Assembly: GCA_958296135.2 (NCBI GenBank)
Contig: CATQHZ020000001.1
Coordinates: 2,464,001 to 2,528,000, forward strand
Length of the DNA: 64,000 nt
From: an uncultured Poribacteria bacterium
Lineage (GTDB): Bacteria > Poribacteria > WGA-4E > WGA-3G
Direction of reading: 5' to 3'
The notes under the pieces are model-generated. The model did no database searches. It worked only from the letters and a program-made list of their open reading frames with translations, and was not told the DNA's origin. Position numbers and translations under genes: made by a program. Shown piece after piece: positions 9,366 to 19,845 of the stretch; the stretch's first letter is position 1, and every line of letters starts with the position of its first letter.

Positions 9366-10631
9366 ATGGAAACCTCAATCATCAATAAATTCCTACTCAT
9401 CTCAATCGATTGTTGGCGGTTTGACGCGCTCAGCCGCACCAATCCGTTCTTCAATACGCCCAAGTTCGATCTGCTGACGAAAGACTTCTCCCTCGCCGAA
9501 AAGTTCTTCGTCACCGCCCCCGCGACGCGCCCATCGCATACCTCTTACTTCACCGGGCTCTATCCGTTTGAGCACGGCGTTTACGGGCAAACTTACCTGA
9601 AGATGTTCAAAGGCATCCCGAACCTATTTCAACTGTTTGCCGATGCAGGGTATCAGATTACCGGGCGTTCGGAACGGCCGGAGGTGTTCCGCTTCCTCGA
9701 TTTTGAGCCGTTCATCACACCGCTCGACCCGGGCACCAAGGCGCAGCACCTCGGTTCGCTTGAGGATTGCATCCAGTGCCTCGCGCAGCCCGCGGATACA
9801 CCGCAGTTCTGTTTCCTCCATTTTTGGTATACGCACGGCGGCTACGGCATGTCAGGCATCCCGTCCGCACCGAACTTCAGGACGCTTGTGGAGAACGGCA
9901 GAACCGATGAAGCACTGCGCTTCTACTACGCCGCTGTGACGCACGTGCTGGAGTTCAAACTGGTTGAAATTCTGAAACACCTGCGACTTTCGGAGTGGGC
10001 AGTCTTCATCTTCGGCGACCACGGTGAAGGCATCTGTGAAGAAATCATCGCACACGGCGACACCCTCAATCAGAACGTGCTACACGTCCCGCTGTTGGCA
10101 CATATACCGGGCGTTGGAAAATTGGAATTTCCGAACGCGCCGCTGTCTTCCTTAGATATCTTTCCGACAATTATCAACCTCGCCGACACCAAGGTAGATT
10201 ACCACGGCTATGGACAAGATTTGCTAGCGCAAGAGGCACTTGACGAAAACCGATTGGTGCTATCGGAGTTAGACAGTCTATACGGCACCGGGTTTCTGAG
10301 TCGGAACAATTTAGAGATGCCGCATCACCGCGTAACTTCTCGGACATCGGTTGACAACGTAGAGATTAATCGGTATGCCGAAGGCGTTCGGCTCTGGTCC
10401 CTCGCCGATGGCGAGCATCTCTATCGCGAAGATGAGCAAACGGGTGAGTTTGTCTACCGAGAGGTGTTAAGCGGCAAAGATTTGCCGTGCGATGAACCGG
10501 AGCGTTTCCGCGCGGCTTATGACGACATCTTGATGAATTCCCACTACCAGCATCTCCAATTTCAAGAGACAACTGCGGAAGAGACAGAGATTCTGGAAGG
10601 GCGGTTGCGCGATTTGGGGTATGTGGAGTAG
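9366..10631 (+). CDS. Sulfatase-like hydrolase/transferase (alkaline phosphatase superfamily)
   Basis: LISIDCWRFD, TRPSHTSYFTG, GDHGE, C-terminal RLRDLGY. Confidence 0.85.
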   Translation: METSIINKFLLISIDCWRFDALSRTNPFFNTPKFDLLTKDFSLAEKFFVTAPATRPSHTSYFTGLYPFEHGVYGQTYLKMFKGIPNLFQLFADAGYQITGRSERPEVFRFLDFEPFITPLDPGTKAQHLGSLEDCIQCLAQPADTPQFCFLHFWYTHGGYGMSGIPSAPNFRTLVENGRTDEALRFYYAAVTHVLEFKLVEILKHLRLSEWAVFIFGDHGEGICEEIIAHGDTLNQNVLHVPLLAHIPGVGKLEFPNAPLSSLDIFPTIINLADTKVDYHGYGQDLLAQEALDENRLVLSELDSLYGTGFLSRNNLEMPHHRVTSRTSVDNVEINRYAEGVRLWSLADGEHLYREDEQTGEFVYREVLSGKDLPCDEPERFRAAYDDILMNSHYQHLQFQETTAEETEILEGRLRDLGYVE

Positions 10632-10641
10632 AGCTTTGCTG

Positions 10642-11769
10642 CTAATTCCTAAAGAGAGCCAGATACTTCTCCAGCACAAAAAGTCGATTGCGGGAAAACC
10701 CAGTAATTTCCTTTAACACCCCAAGTTCTGTCAAGGACTTCAGGAGGCGGTTCGCGCTTGCGAAACTCATCTCCAGTTCTCTCTCAACCTCGCTGACGCT
10801 CACAATCGGTTTGGCATACATAAAACGCAGCAATTTTTGCGCATTTTTCGCCGGACGAGAACCAAGTTTCGAGATGCTTTCGTCATACTCCTCGCGGAGC
10901 GAAATAATCGCTTTGAACGTCTTAATGCCATGCCACGCGGTTTCAGCGATGCCGTTTAAGAAAAACGCTATCCACTGCTCTAAGTCGTTCGATTCGCGAA
11001 CTGCAGAAAGCGAGTCATAGTATGAACTCCGATGCTTCTCAAAAAAGGAGGACATATAGAGCACCGGCTTTTTCAGCATCTGCGCGTCAATGAGTTGTAA
11101 AACAATCAAGAGCCTCCCACACCTACCGTTCCCATCCAAAAAAGGATGGATAGTTTCAAACTGATAATGCGTGATAGCAATTTTAATCAGCGTCGGAACT
11201 TGTAGCGTTCTGTTGTGCCAGAATTTTTCCAAGTCACTTAAAAGTTCCGGCACCTCCTCAGCGGAGGGCGGCACAAAAAGCGCGTCCGAAAGCGATGAAC
11301 CGCCAATCCAATTTTGACTCCTGCGAATCTCGCCAGGGGCCCGGTGTCTTCCGCGAACACCGGAGAGCAATATTTTATGCGCATCCCTCAGCAGTCGCGT
11401 AGAAAGCGGTAATTCCGGAAGCTTGGCTATTGCAAAATTCATCGCTCGAATATAATTCTGAACCTCATGCCAATCATCCCGACGTTCCGGAGCAACCTCA
11501 TCTTGCGACAGCACGGCTTCATCAAGCTCGGTTTTTGTGCCTTCAATCCGATTGGAATTCACGGCTTCTTTTGCTACACTCATCGGAATCGAGAAATCGA
11601 CATCTGGAACAAGGACCGCGTAGGCGTTGAACTCCCCCAAAAGTCTCGCTGTCTGTTCGATCTGGATATTTATCTGTGGGTTTTCCCAGGCAAAATGAGA
11701 GACAAAGGAAGGCGTGAAACTCCTATATCCGCGATGTTGTTTGTATTTGCCCGCTACGAACGTTTTCAT
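10642..11769 (-). CDS. Fic family protein with C-terminal wHTH
   Basis: HPFLDGNGRCGR catalytic motif; N-terminal SNRIEG inhibitory motif. Confidence 0.92.
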   Translation of the reverse strand: MKTFVAGKYKQHRGYRSFTPSFVSHFAWENPQINIQIEQTARLLGEFNAYAVLVPDVDFSIPMSVAKEAVNSNRIEGTKTELDEAVLSQDEVAPERRDDWHEVQNYIRAMNFAIAKLPELPLSTRLLRDAHKILLSGVRGRHRAPGEIRRSQNWIGGSSLSDALFVPPSAEEVPELLSDLEKFWHNRTLQVPTLIKIAITHYQFETIHPFLDGNGRCGRLLIVLQLIDAQMLKKPVLYMSSFFEKHRSSYYDSLSAVRESNDLEQWIAFFLNGIAETAWHGIKTFKAIISLREEYDESISKLGSRPAKNAQKLLRFMYAKPIVSVSEVERELEMSFASANRLLKSLTELGVLKEITGFSRNRLFVLEKYLALFRN

Positions 11770-11800
11770 GTAACGAACCACCCGATTTTGACAATATAGA

Positions 11801-11880
11801 ATTCCTTATTATCATTTTGCGCTATTTTTGATAACCATAAATTCCATATTATCATTTTGCGCTATTTTTGATAATCACAA
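11801..11880. repeat. Two 40-bp direct repeats, each with a TTATCA-N14-TGATAA inverted repeat
   Basis: attccWtattatcattttgcgctatttttgataaYcaYaa x2 directly upstream of fic. Confidence 0.85.
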
Positions 11881-11955
11881 AATTGCAAGGGCGGATATAG
11901 ACAGCCGCCCTTGCAATTAAGTGAGAAATGCGAATATCAAACAAAATTCGCCCCA

Positions 11956-12438
11956 CTACAATTCATGAATCGTCGCCTCTAGCGAATCCAACGCCACAAT
12001 CGCGACGGTGGATTTCCCAGTCGTCCAGCCACCTGTTTCGCCCGGATTGAGCAGGAGAGACTTCTCCTCCCGGATGTCAACCTTATGGGTGTGGCCGTAG
12101 ACGACGATGTCATATTCACCGCTTTTGGCGATGGGAATGGCGAGCTCTGGGTAGTGCATCACGGCGATGTTCCTACCGCCGACAGAAACGTTCGCCAAAT
12201 TCGGGTGAACCTCGCCGACAGCTTCAAACCGCTGCGCGAGGATAACGCGTTCGCCATCGTTGTTACCGAACACGCCAACAACCCGGCATTTCAAATCGGC
12301 AAGGGGTGCGATTGCAAACGGCGAGATAAAATCGCCCGCGTGGACTACCAACTCTACGCCGCTGTCGTTGAAAAGGGCGACAGCGCATTCAATCTGAGGA
12401 ATGTTATCGTGACTATCAGACATTACGCCAAGTTTCAT
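11956..12438 (-). CDS. YfcE/MJ0936-family metallophosphoesterase
   Basis: SDSHDN, HAGD, GNND, GHTH, NPGE motifs. Confidence 0.9.
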   Translation of the reverse strand: MKLGVMSDSHDNIPQIECAVALFNDSGVELVVHAGDFISPFAIAPLADLKCRVVGVFGNNDGERVILAQRFEAVGEVHPNLANVSVGGRNIAVMHYPELAIPIAKSGEYDIVVYGHTHKVDIREEKSLLLNPGETGGWTTGKSTVAIVALDSLEATIHEL

Positions 12439-12454
12439 GAACAGGCCTCCTTCT

Positions 12455-13330
12455 TCAGAATTCAGACAATTTGTCAAGCAATGCCACGTCGGGTTCCCCT
12501 TGATAGAGGACAACAAAATACCGCAGCCTCAACACATCATCGGGCGAGAGATGGAGCGGCTCATAATAAACAAGCGAGGGATGGATAAGGCAATAGTTCT
12601 CCCGATTGCGCACCCACCACGTCGTCGGATAGCGCGGATTCTTAACGTTATCGACGATAGCAGCACCGTAAACCTTGCTATCAGCAGGATGCCGAGACGT
12701 GAAACTGCACCACCGACTCTGCTTTCCAAAGATGTCCATCGCTTCCGTGCGGCCGTCTGCATCCAACAGATTACCCGGCGTGAGGACATTGGCAAATCGG
12801 ATAGCCAGGCCGCTGTAAAACCGGCCGTCTGCCCCGGGTTCGCCACGACGTAAATCTAAAACCACCTCGCGTTCATTGGGACGAAACTCAAGTTCTACGA
12901 GAATGCGTATCGCGTCTTTGAAGTTTTCTTTGCCCGTTTCCGGTGCGCCGAGGGTTAGCTGCCGACGCTCCGTGAGATGCGTTACGCCTTGCCAATCGCT
13001 CCACGCGTTTTCAGCGATGATTCGCGCCCATCCACTCCCCGCGGTTTGTTCAACGAGCTGCAGTGGGACGATTTTCCCAAAACCAGTGGCATCCTCTCCG
13101 GGCGAAGGCTGTTCCCAGAAATTAACACCGTTGACTTTCTTCCACGCCACCCACATCCCCTGATGATGCACGTGGTCGCCGGGTTCGTTCATCGTGAGCG
13201 GCGGCCCGCCGGGCAGGCGCAGCGGGTGACAATAAGGACGGTTACCATCCTCAGGAAAATGGTAACCTAAAACCTCTTGGCCGTCCCAATTGACGGTTAA
13301 ACTGTGTTGTGTTCGTGATATGGAAAACAT
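12455..13330 (-). CDS. PmoA-like/DUF6807 family protein
   Basis: RPYCHPL, PGDHVHHQGMW, VNFW motifs. Confidence 0.7.
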   Translation of the reverse strand: MFSISRTQHSLTVNWDGQEVLGYHFPEDGNRPYCHPLRLPGGPPLTMNEPGDHVHHQGMWVAWKKVNGVNFWEQPSPGEDATGFGKIVPLQLVEQTAGSGWARIIAENAWSDWQGVTHLTERRQLTLGAPETGKENFKDAIRILVELEFRPNEREVVLDLRRGEPGADGRFYSGLAIRFANVLTPGNLLDADGRTEAMDIFGKQSRWCSFTSRHPADSKVYGAAIVDNVKNPRYPTTWWVRNRENYCLIHPSLVYYEPLHLSPDDVLRLRYFVVLYQGEPDVALLDKLSEF

Positions 13331-13373
13331 TGTCCTCTCCGTTGCAGGAGCGATTTCGCTGCGGATTTCAGCC

Positions 13374-14198
13374 TTAGTTGAGATACGGATTCACAACTTC
13401 GCGCTCCAATGACAAACCTTCCCACTCATCGTCGCCGGGGCCGTCGTAGATAAGGGTGTGCGGCCCAGAAAAACCCACCGCTCGGGTGAGCTCTAGGCAG
13501 CGGACGTAATCGTCCCGCTCCATTTCGCGAGGGGCAGTGAAATGTGCTTTCGTATGACACGATTCTGCCCAAGAGGCGATTGCACCAAGGTCATCGTATT
13601 TCGTATCGCCGCGCCAATTGCCAAAGTCAAGACAGAGCCCGACTCTGCCATCTAACGCGCCTAAAATGGCCTTGACATTATCAGGCGTGGAGAAGACGGA
13701 GAACCAGTTCTCGCTCATCAAGCGGATGCCGGCGGTTTCCGCGCGTTCAGCGAGCTTGGCGAGGATGTTCCGGCTCTGCGCGAGGGCGGCCTCAGACGGG
13801 TTTGCTTTGCCGCCGATGACACGCGCACATTGCGCACCGAGCTCTCCCGCGATATCCATCCATTTTTCTATCCACGCGATATCGCGCTCCGCTTCGGACG
13901 GATGCGTGATATCGCCATCGTCAATTAGCAGAGAGAAAAGCTCAACGTCGGCAGCCGCGATGGCTGCGCGGAGCTCCGATAGGTATGCCTTCTCCACAGA
14001 AGGTAAATGAAAGTGGCAGAGCTCTAAGGTGTGGATACCAAATTCGGCGATGCGCCCTGGCAACTCCAGCAGGGAGATGGGGCCGTTATTATGCGTTTCA
14101 ACGGGGATGTGCATCCCATGCGCGGGACCGGTAAAGCCCGGTTTCCCAAGTTGCCGGTGCAAACTCCACGTTGAAACCGAAAGACGAGGGGATGACAT
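13374..14198 (-). CDS. Sugar phosphate isomerase/epimerase
   Basis: SVSTWSLH, ENW, CLDFGNW, HTKA. Confidence 0.8.
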   Translation of the reverse strand: MSSPRLSVSTWSLHRQLGKPGFTGPAHGMHIPVETHNNGPISLLELPGRIAEFGIHTLELCHFHLPSVEKAYLSELRAAIAAADVELFSLLIDDGDITHPSEAERDIAWIEKWMDIAGELGAQCARVIGGKANPSEAALAQSRNILAKLAERAETAGIRLMSENWFSVFSTPDNVKAILGALDGRVGLCLDFGNWRGDTKYDDLGAIASWAESCHTKAHFTAPREMERDDYVRCLELTRAVGFSGPHTLIYDGPGDDEWEGLSLEREVVNPYLN

Positions 14199-14526
14199 AG
14201 TTTTTAATCCTCCAAACAATAGAATGCGAGTTGTAATTCTGAACCAACCAAGCAATTAAGGAAATATCAGTGGCAATCGCAATCGCGAAGATGACTTTGA
14301 ACCAACCGATTTCTTCCTTGAGTTTATCACTTCTCCCGCGAGGCGTGCCCTACGGGGACGATGTTCCTTGTTCCATTCCGCAAGGGAACACCTCGATAAA
14401 TTAGACCCGAGAACACGAGTTCGCGCAAAAATCGCGTGATACCAAATCAACAGCCGTAGTTCGGAGAGTGGATCCGCGCAAGACACTACCTATCCCCCAA
14501 CACAGCAAAGTTCATCAAAACTCCCC

Positions 14527-15285
14527 TCATTCGTCCAATTCGTTCAGGTGCCGGTCCAACCACTTGACGACATCCGCTGCCATACGCAGGACAGATTCAC
14601 CTGAAAAAACGTGATCGGCATTCATGAGCTGAACGAGCTCTGCGCCTTCGTTGGCATGCCGCAGGATGTCAAGGCTATCCTGAAGCGGAACAACATCGTC
14701 TTCAGAGCCGTGAACTAATAGCCACGGCACGGTAAACTCACTCGCGTGTTGGACGACGCTGTCAATTCCCCCCAGGTCATCCATGTAGGCTTGGGAGAGC
14801 GGACAGTCAGGTTCGTCCCACATGAAGCCTTCGTCCGGTGTGACATCGCCGAATTCGCGTTGCGCGAACGCTTTCGTATGCACCATCCCTGCTAACGAGA
14901 CAAGGAACCGGATGCGTTCATCAGAGGCGGCGCGCAACACACCGACGGCACCACCCATGCTATGCCCAACATACGCGACGGTATACCCCTCAAGCGCATC
15001 AAGAACGCATCCCAAGTCCGCCACCTCTTTAGTGATAGTCGAGTCGGTGAATTTCCCTTCTGATTCTCCGTTGCCAGAGAAAGAGAAGCGCAGCACAGAG
15101 ATGCCTGCCTCGGCAAGACTCTCTGCTAAGTGAACGAGGAAAGGTCTGTCTTTATTCCCGGTAACGCCGTGCCCGATGACGACGATTTGGTTCCCTTCGG
15201 CTTCGTTGCCGGTATATTCCAGCTCGCCTTCGTGGAAGGAATAGTCAAGGCGTTCCCCGTGTTCGTTTCTAATTTCGCCAAACAT
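14527..15285 (-). CDS. Alpha/beta hydrolase
   Basis: GHSMGG nucleophile elbow, HGSEDDVV, ADH. Confidence 0.9.
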   Translation of the reverse strand: MFGEIRNEHGERLDYSFHEGELEYTGNEAEGNQIVVIGHGVTGNKDRPFLVHLAESLAEAGISVLRFSFSGNGESEGKFTDSTITKEVADLGCVLDALEGYTVAYVGHSMGGAVGVLRAASDERIRFLVSLAGMVHTKAFAQREFGDVTPDEGFMWDEPDCPLSQAYMDDLGGIDSVVQHASEFTVPWLLVHGSEDDVVPLQDSLDILRHANEGAELVQLMNADHVFSGESVLRMAADVVKWLDRHLNELDE

Positions 15286-15366
15286 AATTTTATTTTCCAA
15301 ATGAGACAGATGGAACAGCCCAAGGGCCGTCCCATCCATTGGTAGGAGCGGTTCGCGAGCGAGAAA

Positions 15367-17664
15367 CTAATGTCCGTTGCGCTGCAGCGCAGTCACAACC
15401 TTTTCCGGTTTGATCGGCAGCTCGTTAATCCGAATGCCGACAGCATCTCGGACAGCGTTTGCCATCGTCGCCAACGTCGGCGTAATCGGCGGCTCCCCGA
15501 CACCCTTGGCACCATAGGGGCCATTCGGCGCGGGCACCTCAACAATGACAGACTCCACCGTCGGCAGATCGGCGGAGGTGGGGACACGGTAATCGACAAA
15601 GCCGGGGTTGACGTTGCCGCTCTCGTTATACTGCATCTCCTCCATCATTGCCCAAGCATAGCCTTGCACCACGCCGCCCTCAATCTGCCCCTCAACCGTC
15701 ATCGGATTAATCGCGAACCCGACATCTTGAGAAGCAATCAGTTTCAGAACTCGCGTGCGGCCAGTTTCCGGATCTACCTCAACTTTCGCAATCTGGGCAG
15801 CAAGTGCAGGAGTACTCGGTTGCCGTGCAAAGGAACCCTTCCCAACAATCGGACCGCCGGTGGTGGACAGACTGTAGGCTGCCAACTCGCCCAACGAAAT
15901 GGACTTCGGCGGATCGGCGGTGATAATATGCACAGCCCCTTCACGAAGTTCCAAGTTATCCACGTTGGTATTGAGCCGCTCCGAGGCGAGTTCCAGAATC
16001 CGCCGATGCGTATCTTCCGCCGCCAATTTCGCAGTGTTGCCCATCGTGAACGTCACGACGCTCCCGCCGGAACCGGTGGAATACGGCGCGGAGTCAGTAT
16101 CGCCGCGCGTAATCGTCACATTCTCGTAAGGCACCGTCAAAATCTCGGCGATAATCTGCGAGATCGAGGTATCCGTACCCGTGATATCCATAGAACCATG
16201 GAAAATTCGGACGCTGCCATCTTCGTGGACAGAGATGTATACACCGCCGGGGCCGCAACCGTTCGTCCAATCGCCGACAGCGACACCCCAGCCTTGGTTT
16301 TCGTCAGTTTCGCGTTCCCACCAGCCGGCGGCATCCGCGACAGCCTGCAAAGTCTCCTTGTAACCCACTTTCGGTTCACTGCCGCCGGCGGGAACTGCGT
16401 CGCCTTCTTCGCGCATGTTCATGAGCCGAAATTCAACCGCATCCATGCCGATGCGTTCCGCAATCTCGTCAAGTTGAGATTCGCCGGCGAAGATGGCTTG
16501 CGGCGCACCCGGTGCCCGATAAGCAGCCGTCCCAGATTTGTTCGTGTGAACGCCGTAAGCATCTACCTTGAGGTTCGGAATCTTATAGACACCGCGCACC
16601 CGAATCGTGCTACCGATGGAAGCACCAGAGACAGAACCTGAATCCCAGAAGGCAAGAGCCTGCCGCGCAAGAATGCGGCCGTCCTTCGTCGCACCCGTTT
16701 TCAACTTGATAACGCAACCGGGAGCCGGTCTGCCATCGAGGAATTCCTCTTCGCGTGTCATCTGAACCCGCACCGGACGGCCCGTCTTCTGCGAGAGCAA
16801 CACGGCCGGAACATGCGTAATGATGACACCAAAACGTCCCCCGAAACCGCCCCCCATCGTGGTGCCGATAACGTTCACCTGTGTGAGCGGAATGCCGAGG
16901 GTACCGGCAATACCGGAACGGATAGCGAACGGTCCTTGCGTAGATGCCCACACCGTCACCTTCCCAGATGAATCCGCACTCGCCACAGAGACATGCGGCT
17001 CCATGTAGGTTTGATGGACACGCGGGATGACGTAAGTATCCTCAACGACTACGTCGGAATCGGCGAATCCCTGCTCAACATCGCCCGCCTCGGTGTGGCT
17101 TTCCGCAGAAATGTTGTAGTAGACCTCATCGGGATACTTCTCTAATTCCGCCTCCAGCGAGCGGATTTCATCCCCGTGGTCATTCTCTTTATCACGAGCG
17201 AGTTTCCGAAGCTGCGTGCTAATGCCGCGGCGATTCGGTCCGTCCTTCGTCGCATCGCCATGCAAACGCGGTGCTGACGGCTTAATCGCTTCCATGACAT
17301 CCTGCACGACCGGCAGGACTTCGTATTCAATGTGAACGAGCTCGGCGGCCTCTTCAGCGATATCCGGATCGGTGGCGGCGACAGCGGCAAGCGGTTCACC
17401 CAGGTAAAGCACCTTATCCGTCGCGAAGACGCGGCGGCCGCTCAGCACGTCTGCCTGTGTGATGATTGCCCTGACACCGGAAAGTTTCTCCGCCTCGCTG
17501 GTATCAATACGAATGATATTGGCGTGGGCATGCTTACTACGGATAATCTTGCCGTAGAGCATCCCCGCGGGGTGGACATCCGCGCCGTAGTGAGCGGCAC
17601 CTGTCACCTTCTCAATAGCATCGACCCGAGGCACTTTTTGGCCGACAACAGTATAATCTGACAT
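15367..17664 (-). CDS. Xanthine dehydrogenase/aldehyde oxidoreductase family molybdopterin-binding large subunit
   Basis: GGGFGG, AYRAPG, GQIEGG, AKGVGEP. Confidence 0.92.
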   Translation of the reverse strand: MSDYTVVGQKVPRVDAIEKVTGAAHYGADVHPAGMLYGKIIRSKHAHANIIRIDTSEAEKLSGVRAIITQADVLSGRRVFATDKVLYLGEPLAAVAATDPDIAEEAAELVHIEYEVLPVVQDVMEAIKPSAPRLHGDATKDGPNRRGISTQLRKLARDKENDHGDEIRSLEAELEKYPDEVYYNISAESHTEAGDVEQGFADSDVVVEDTYVIPRVHQTYMEPHVSVASADSSGKVTVWASTQGPFAIRSGIAGTLGIPLTQVNVIGTTMGGGFGGRFGVIITHVPAVLLSQKTGRPVRVQMTREEEFLDGRPAPGCVIKLKTGATKDGRILARQALAFWDSGSVSGASIGSTIRVRGVYKIPNLKVDAYGVHTNKSGTAAYRAPGAPQAIFAGESQLDEIAERIGMDAVEFRLMNMREEGDAVPAGGSEPKVGYKETLQAVADAAGWWERETDENQGWGVAVGDWTNGCGPGGVYISVHEDGSVRIFHGSMDITGTDTSISQIIAEILTVPYENVTITRGDTDSAPYSTGSGGSVVTFTMGNTAKLAAEDTHRRILELASERLNTNVDNLELREGAVHIITADPPKSISLGELAAYSLSTTGGPIVGKGSFARQPSTPALAAQIAKVEVDPETGRTRVLKLIASQDVGFAINPMTVEGQIEGGVVQGYAWAMMEEMQYNESGNVNPGFVDYRVPTSADLPTVESVIVEVPAPNGPYGAKGVGEPPITPTLATMANAVRDAVGIRINELPIKPEKVVTALQRNGH

Positions 17665-17778
17665 GCATTTCTCCTATCAACCGCAGTCTGTCAGACTGCG
17701 GGAAGTGCACCAGTAGGAGAGACCTCTAGGCCCGAGGCGCGCAAGCATCGCGACCGGGAGGTCCCGCCTACCCACAAC

Positions 17779-18009
17779 CTATGTGCTTGCGACGAGGTGA
17801 TGGAGTTTACCGCGCCCGATAGCCGTGTTGCATCGTTTGCAAACGTTCACGGTATCTTCACCAACTTCTCGGCTATAAAGCACTTTCACGCCGGTGCGCC
17901 CACAGACAGGGCAAGTCCCCCGGCCGTTGTTATATTGGCCGGCGTGGATGTTGCCGTTCAAATCGACGTAGAGATGCTTTATGCCTTTTCCACGATGTGT
18001 TTTCGCCAT
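17779..18009 (-). CDS. Small basic zinc-ribbon protein
   Basis: MAKTHRGKG...CPVC...CKRC, 76 aa. Confidence 0.75.
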   Translation of the reverse strand: MAKTHRGKGIKHLYVDLNGNIHAGQYNNGRGTCPVCGRTGVKVLYSREVGEDTVNVCKRCNTAIGRGKLHHLVAST

Positions 18010-18234
18010 TTTTGTTGTTCCTAACAGTTGTTCGGCTGCGTCTAGGCAAGCCGAGATTGACTGAGCAGCCTGTCTTGACGTTTTCAAGACTTGCTGTTCT
18101 GAGTTATAACTTGTAGAACCGACGCGAACATCTCCCATAGGCGCGGTTACAAACCTCGCTTGTGGGGGCCTGCCGTTTTTTTCCGTCTGTCCTATTTATG
18201 AAGCGGCGTAGCGAGGGACAGGTTTTCCCTTCTC

Positions 18235-18714
18235 CTACGCAGTCGTCCGGATTTCTTCGGCGGCTTGCATCACCGCTTCCAGAATCTTGGTATAGCCAGT
18301 GCATCGGCAGATGTTCCCACCAAGGGCGTGACGGAACTCCTCCTCGGTCCGAGCCGGATTTTCATCAAGCAACGCCTTCGATGCCATGATGAAACCGGGT
18401 GTGCAGAACCCGCACTGGTAGCCACCGGTATCAATAAACGCTTGCTGCACCGGATGAAGTTCGCCATCGGCGGCAAGCCCTTCAATCGTCATAATCGCTT
18501 TGTCCGCGGCAGTGACACCGAGCACCATGCAGGACGTGACAGCTCTGCCATCAACGATGACGGTGCATGCACCGCAGTCACCCGTGCTACACCCCTCCTT
18601 GGTGCCTGTCAAACCGATCGTATCGCGAAGCACAGCAAGCAGCGTTTTGCGCGGTTCAATAAGTAAATCGTACCCGTCGCCGTTGACGGTGAGCGTGACA
18701 GGAAGTTTTGCCAT
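18235..18714 (-). CDS. (2Fe-2S)-binding small subunit, CoxS/XdhC-like
   Basis: GCSTGDCGACT, QCGFCTPG, NICRCTGY. Confidence 0.95.
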   Translation of the reverse strand: MAKLPVTLTVNGDGYDLLIEPRKTLLAVLRDTIGLTGTKEGCSTGDCGACTVIVDGRAVTSCMVLGVTAADKAIMTIEGLAADGELHPVQQAFIDTGGYQCGFCTPGFIMASKALLDENPARTEEEFRHALGGNICRCTGYTKILEAVMQAAEEIRTTA

Positions 18715-18796
18715 ATTTTTCTCCTATAAAAAACGTTTTTAGGCGTGTCCCGGTTAAAGAAGCACCGCTGAGACACAAGGTTTTGCCCTACAGTGC

Positions 18797-19651
18797 CTAG
18801 GCGTGTGCTCTAGCGACAGCCTCTCGCACCGTGCGTCTCGTGAGGACATCAACCATCTCTCTGCGGTGTTCCGCGGAGCAGCGTAAATCGGATATCGGAC
18901 TGCAGGCGGCAGCGGCGGCTTCACCCGCCTCGGCGAGAATCGCGTCAGTGAGTGACTTGCCCGCCAACAATTCCTCCGCCTCCGTCGCGCGAATCGGTGT
19001 CGGTGCAACAGCGGCAAGGCCAATCCGCGCCCCGGTAATCGTGCCGTTATCCATATCCACAGCTGCGGCAACGCCGATGAACGCCAAATCCATCACTTCC
19101 CGGATCTTATGCTTAATGTAGTGCGAACCAGAAGCCGGACTCGGCAACCGAAACCGCGTCATAATCTCACCCGCCGTTAAGATAGTCTGCCCCGGTCCCG
19201 TGAAAAGGGCATGAATCGGCACGGAACGTTCACCGTCGGCACTGGCGATATCCACTTGTGCGTCAAGCGCGAGCAGGGCTGCCACCGTGTCAGCGGCGGG
19301 AGAAGCGTGCGCGATGTTCCCGCCGAGAGTCGCCAAATTGCGAATCTGGATAGAACCGATTTCGGCGGCACCTTCCGCCAGCGCAGTGTAACCGTTCCGA
19401 ATTTCCTCGGACAATTCAACATCCCGCACCCTCGTCATCACACCGATGGATACACCGCCATCAGCATCAGTAGTGATACCGGCCAGCCCCGCAATCTTTT
19501 GTAAACTGATGACAGATTGCGGCGTTTCGGTTAGTGCCTTCATGCCGATAACCAGGTCTGTCCCACCGGCGAGCAGTTGTGCATGCTCCTGCGCGAACAG
19601 GCGCGATGCCTCCGCAAGCGTGGTGGGTTCAAAAAACTCAAAACTTCTCAC
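18797..19651 (-). CDS. FAD-binding medium subunit, CoxM/XdhB-like
   Basis: LAGGTDL, QIRNLATLGGN, SPAAD. Confidence 0.93.
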   Translation of the reverse strand: MRSFEFFEPTTLAEASRLFAQEHAQLLAGGTDLVIGMKALTETPQSVISLQKIAGLAGITTDADGGVSIGVMTRVRDVELSEEIRNGYTALAEGAAEIGSIQIRNLATLGGNIAHASPAADTVAALLALDAQVDIASADGERSVPIHALFTGPGQTILTAGEIMTRFRLPSPASGSHYIKHKIREVMDLAFIGVAAAVDMDNGTITGARIGLAAVAPTPIRATEAEELLAGKSLTDAILAEAGEAAAAACSPISDLRCSAEHRREMVDVLTRRTVREAVARAHA

Positions 19652-19845
19652 ATTTAATCCTCCGTTTCATTTAATTCGGCGAAGCCCGCCGGGCTGCGCG
19701 GCTTTCCCGCCCAATAAAAGGATACCCTATTCGCGGGTGTTTGTCAACCTTAATTGAGAGCCACGGCGTTTCTCAATGACTCTGCCGCATACCGGCGCAT
19801 CGGGACAAGGATGTCCCTTCTACCGCTACAAGGCGATTATCTACA

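Noticed and set aside
14256-14500. Possible RelE-like remnant (LDKLDPRTRVRAKI)
   Set aside because: Too short and no start codon; similarity may be chance
15370-16641. Long antisense ORFs (also 25602-26675, 44141-45052, 56749-57573)
   Set aside because: Shadows of well-supported genes on the opposite strand with no recognisable motifs
15367-19651. Aerobic CO dehydrogenase
   Set aside because: The active-site loop is AYRAPG, not AYxCSFR (form I) or AYRGAGR (form II)
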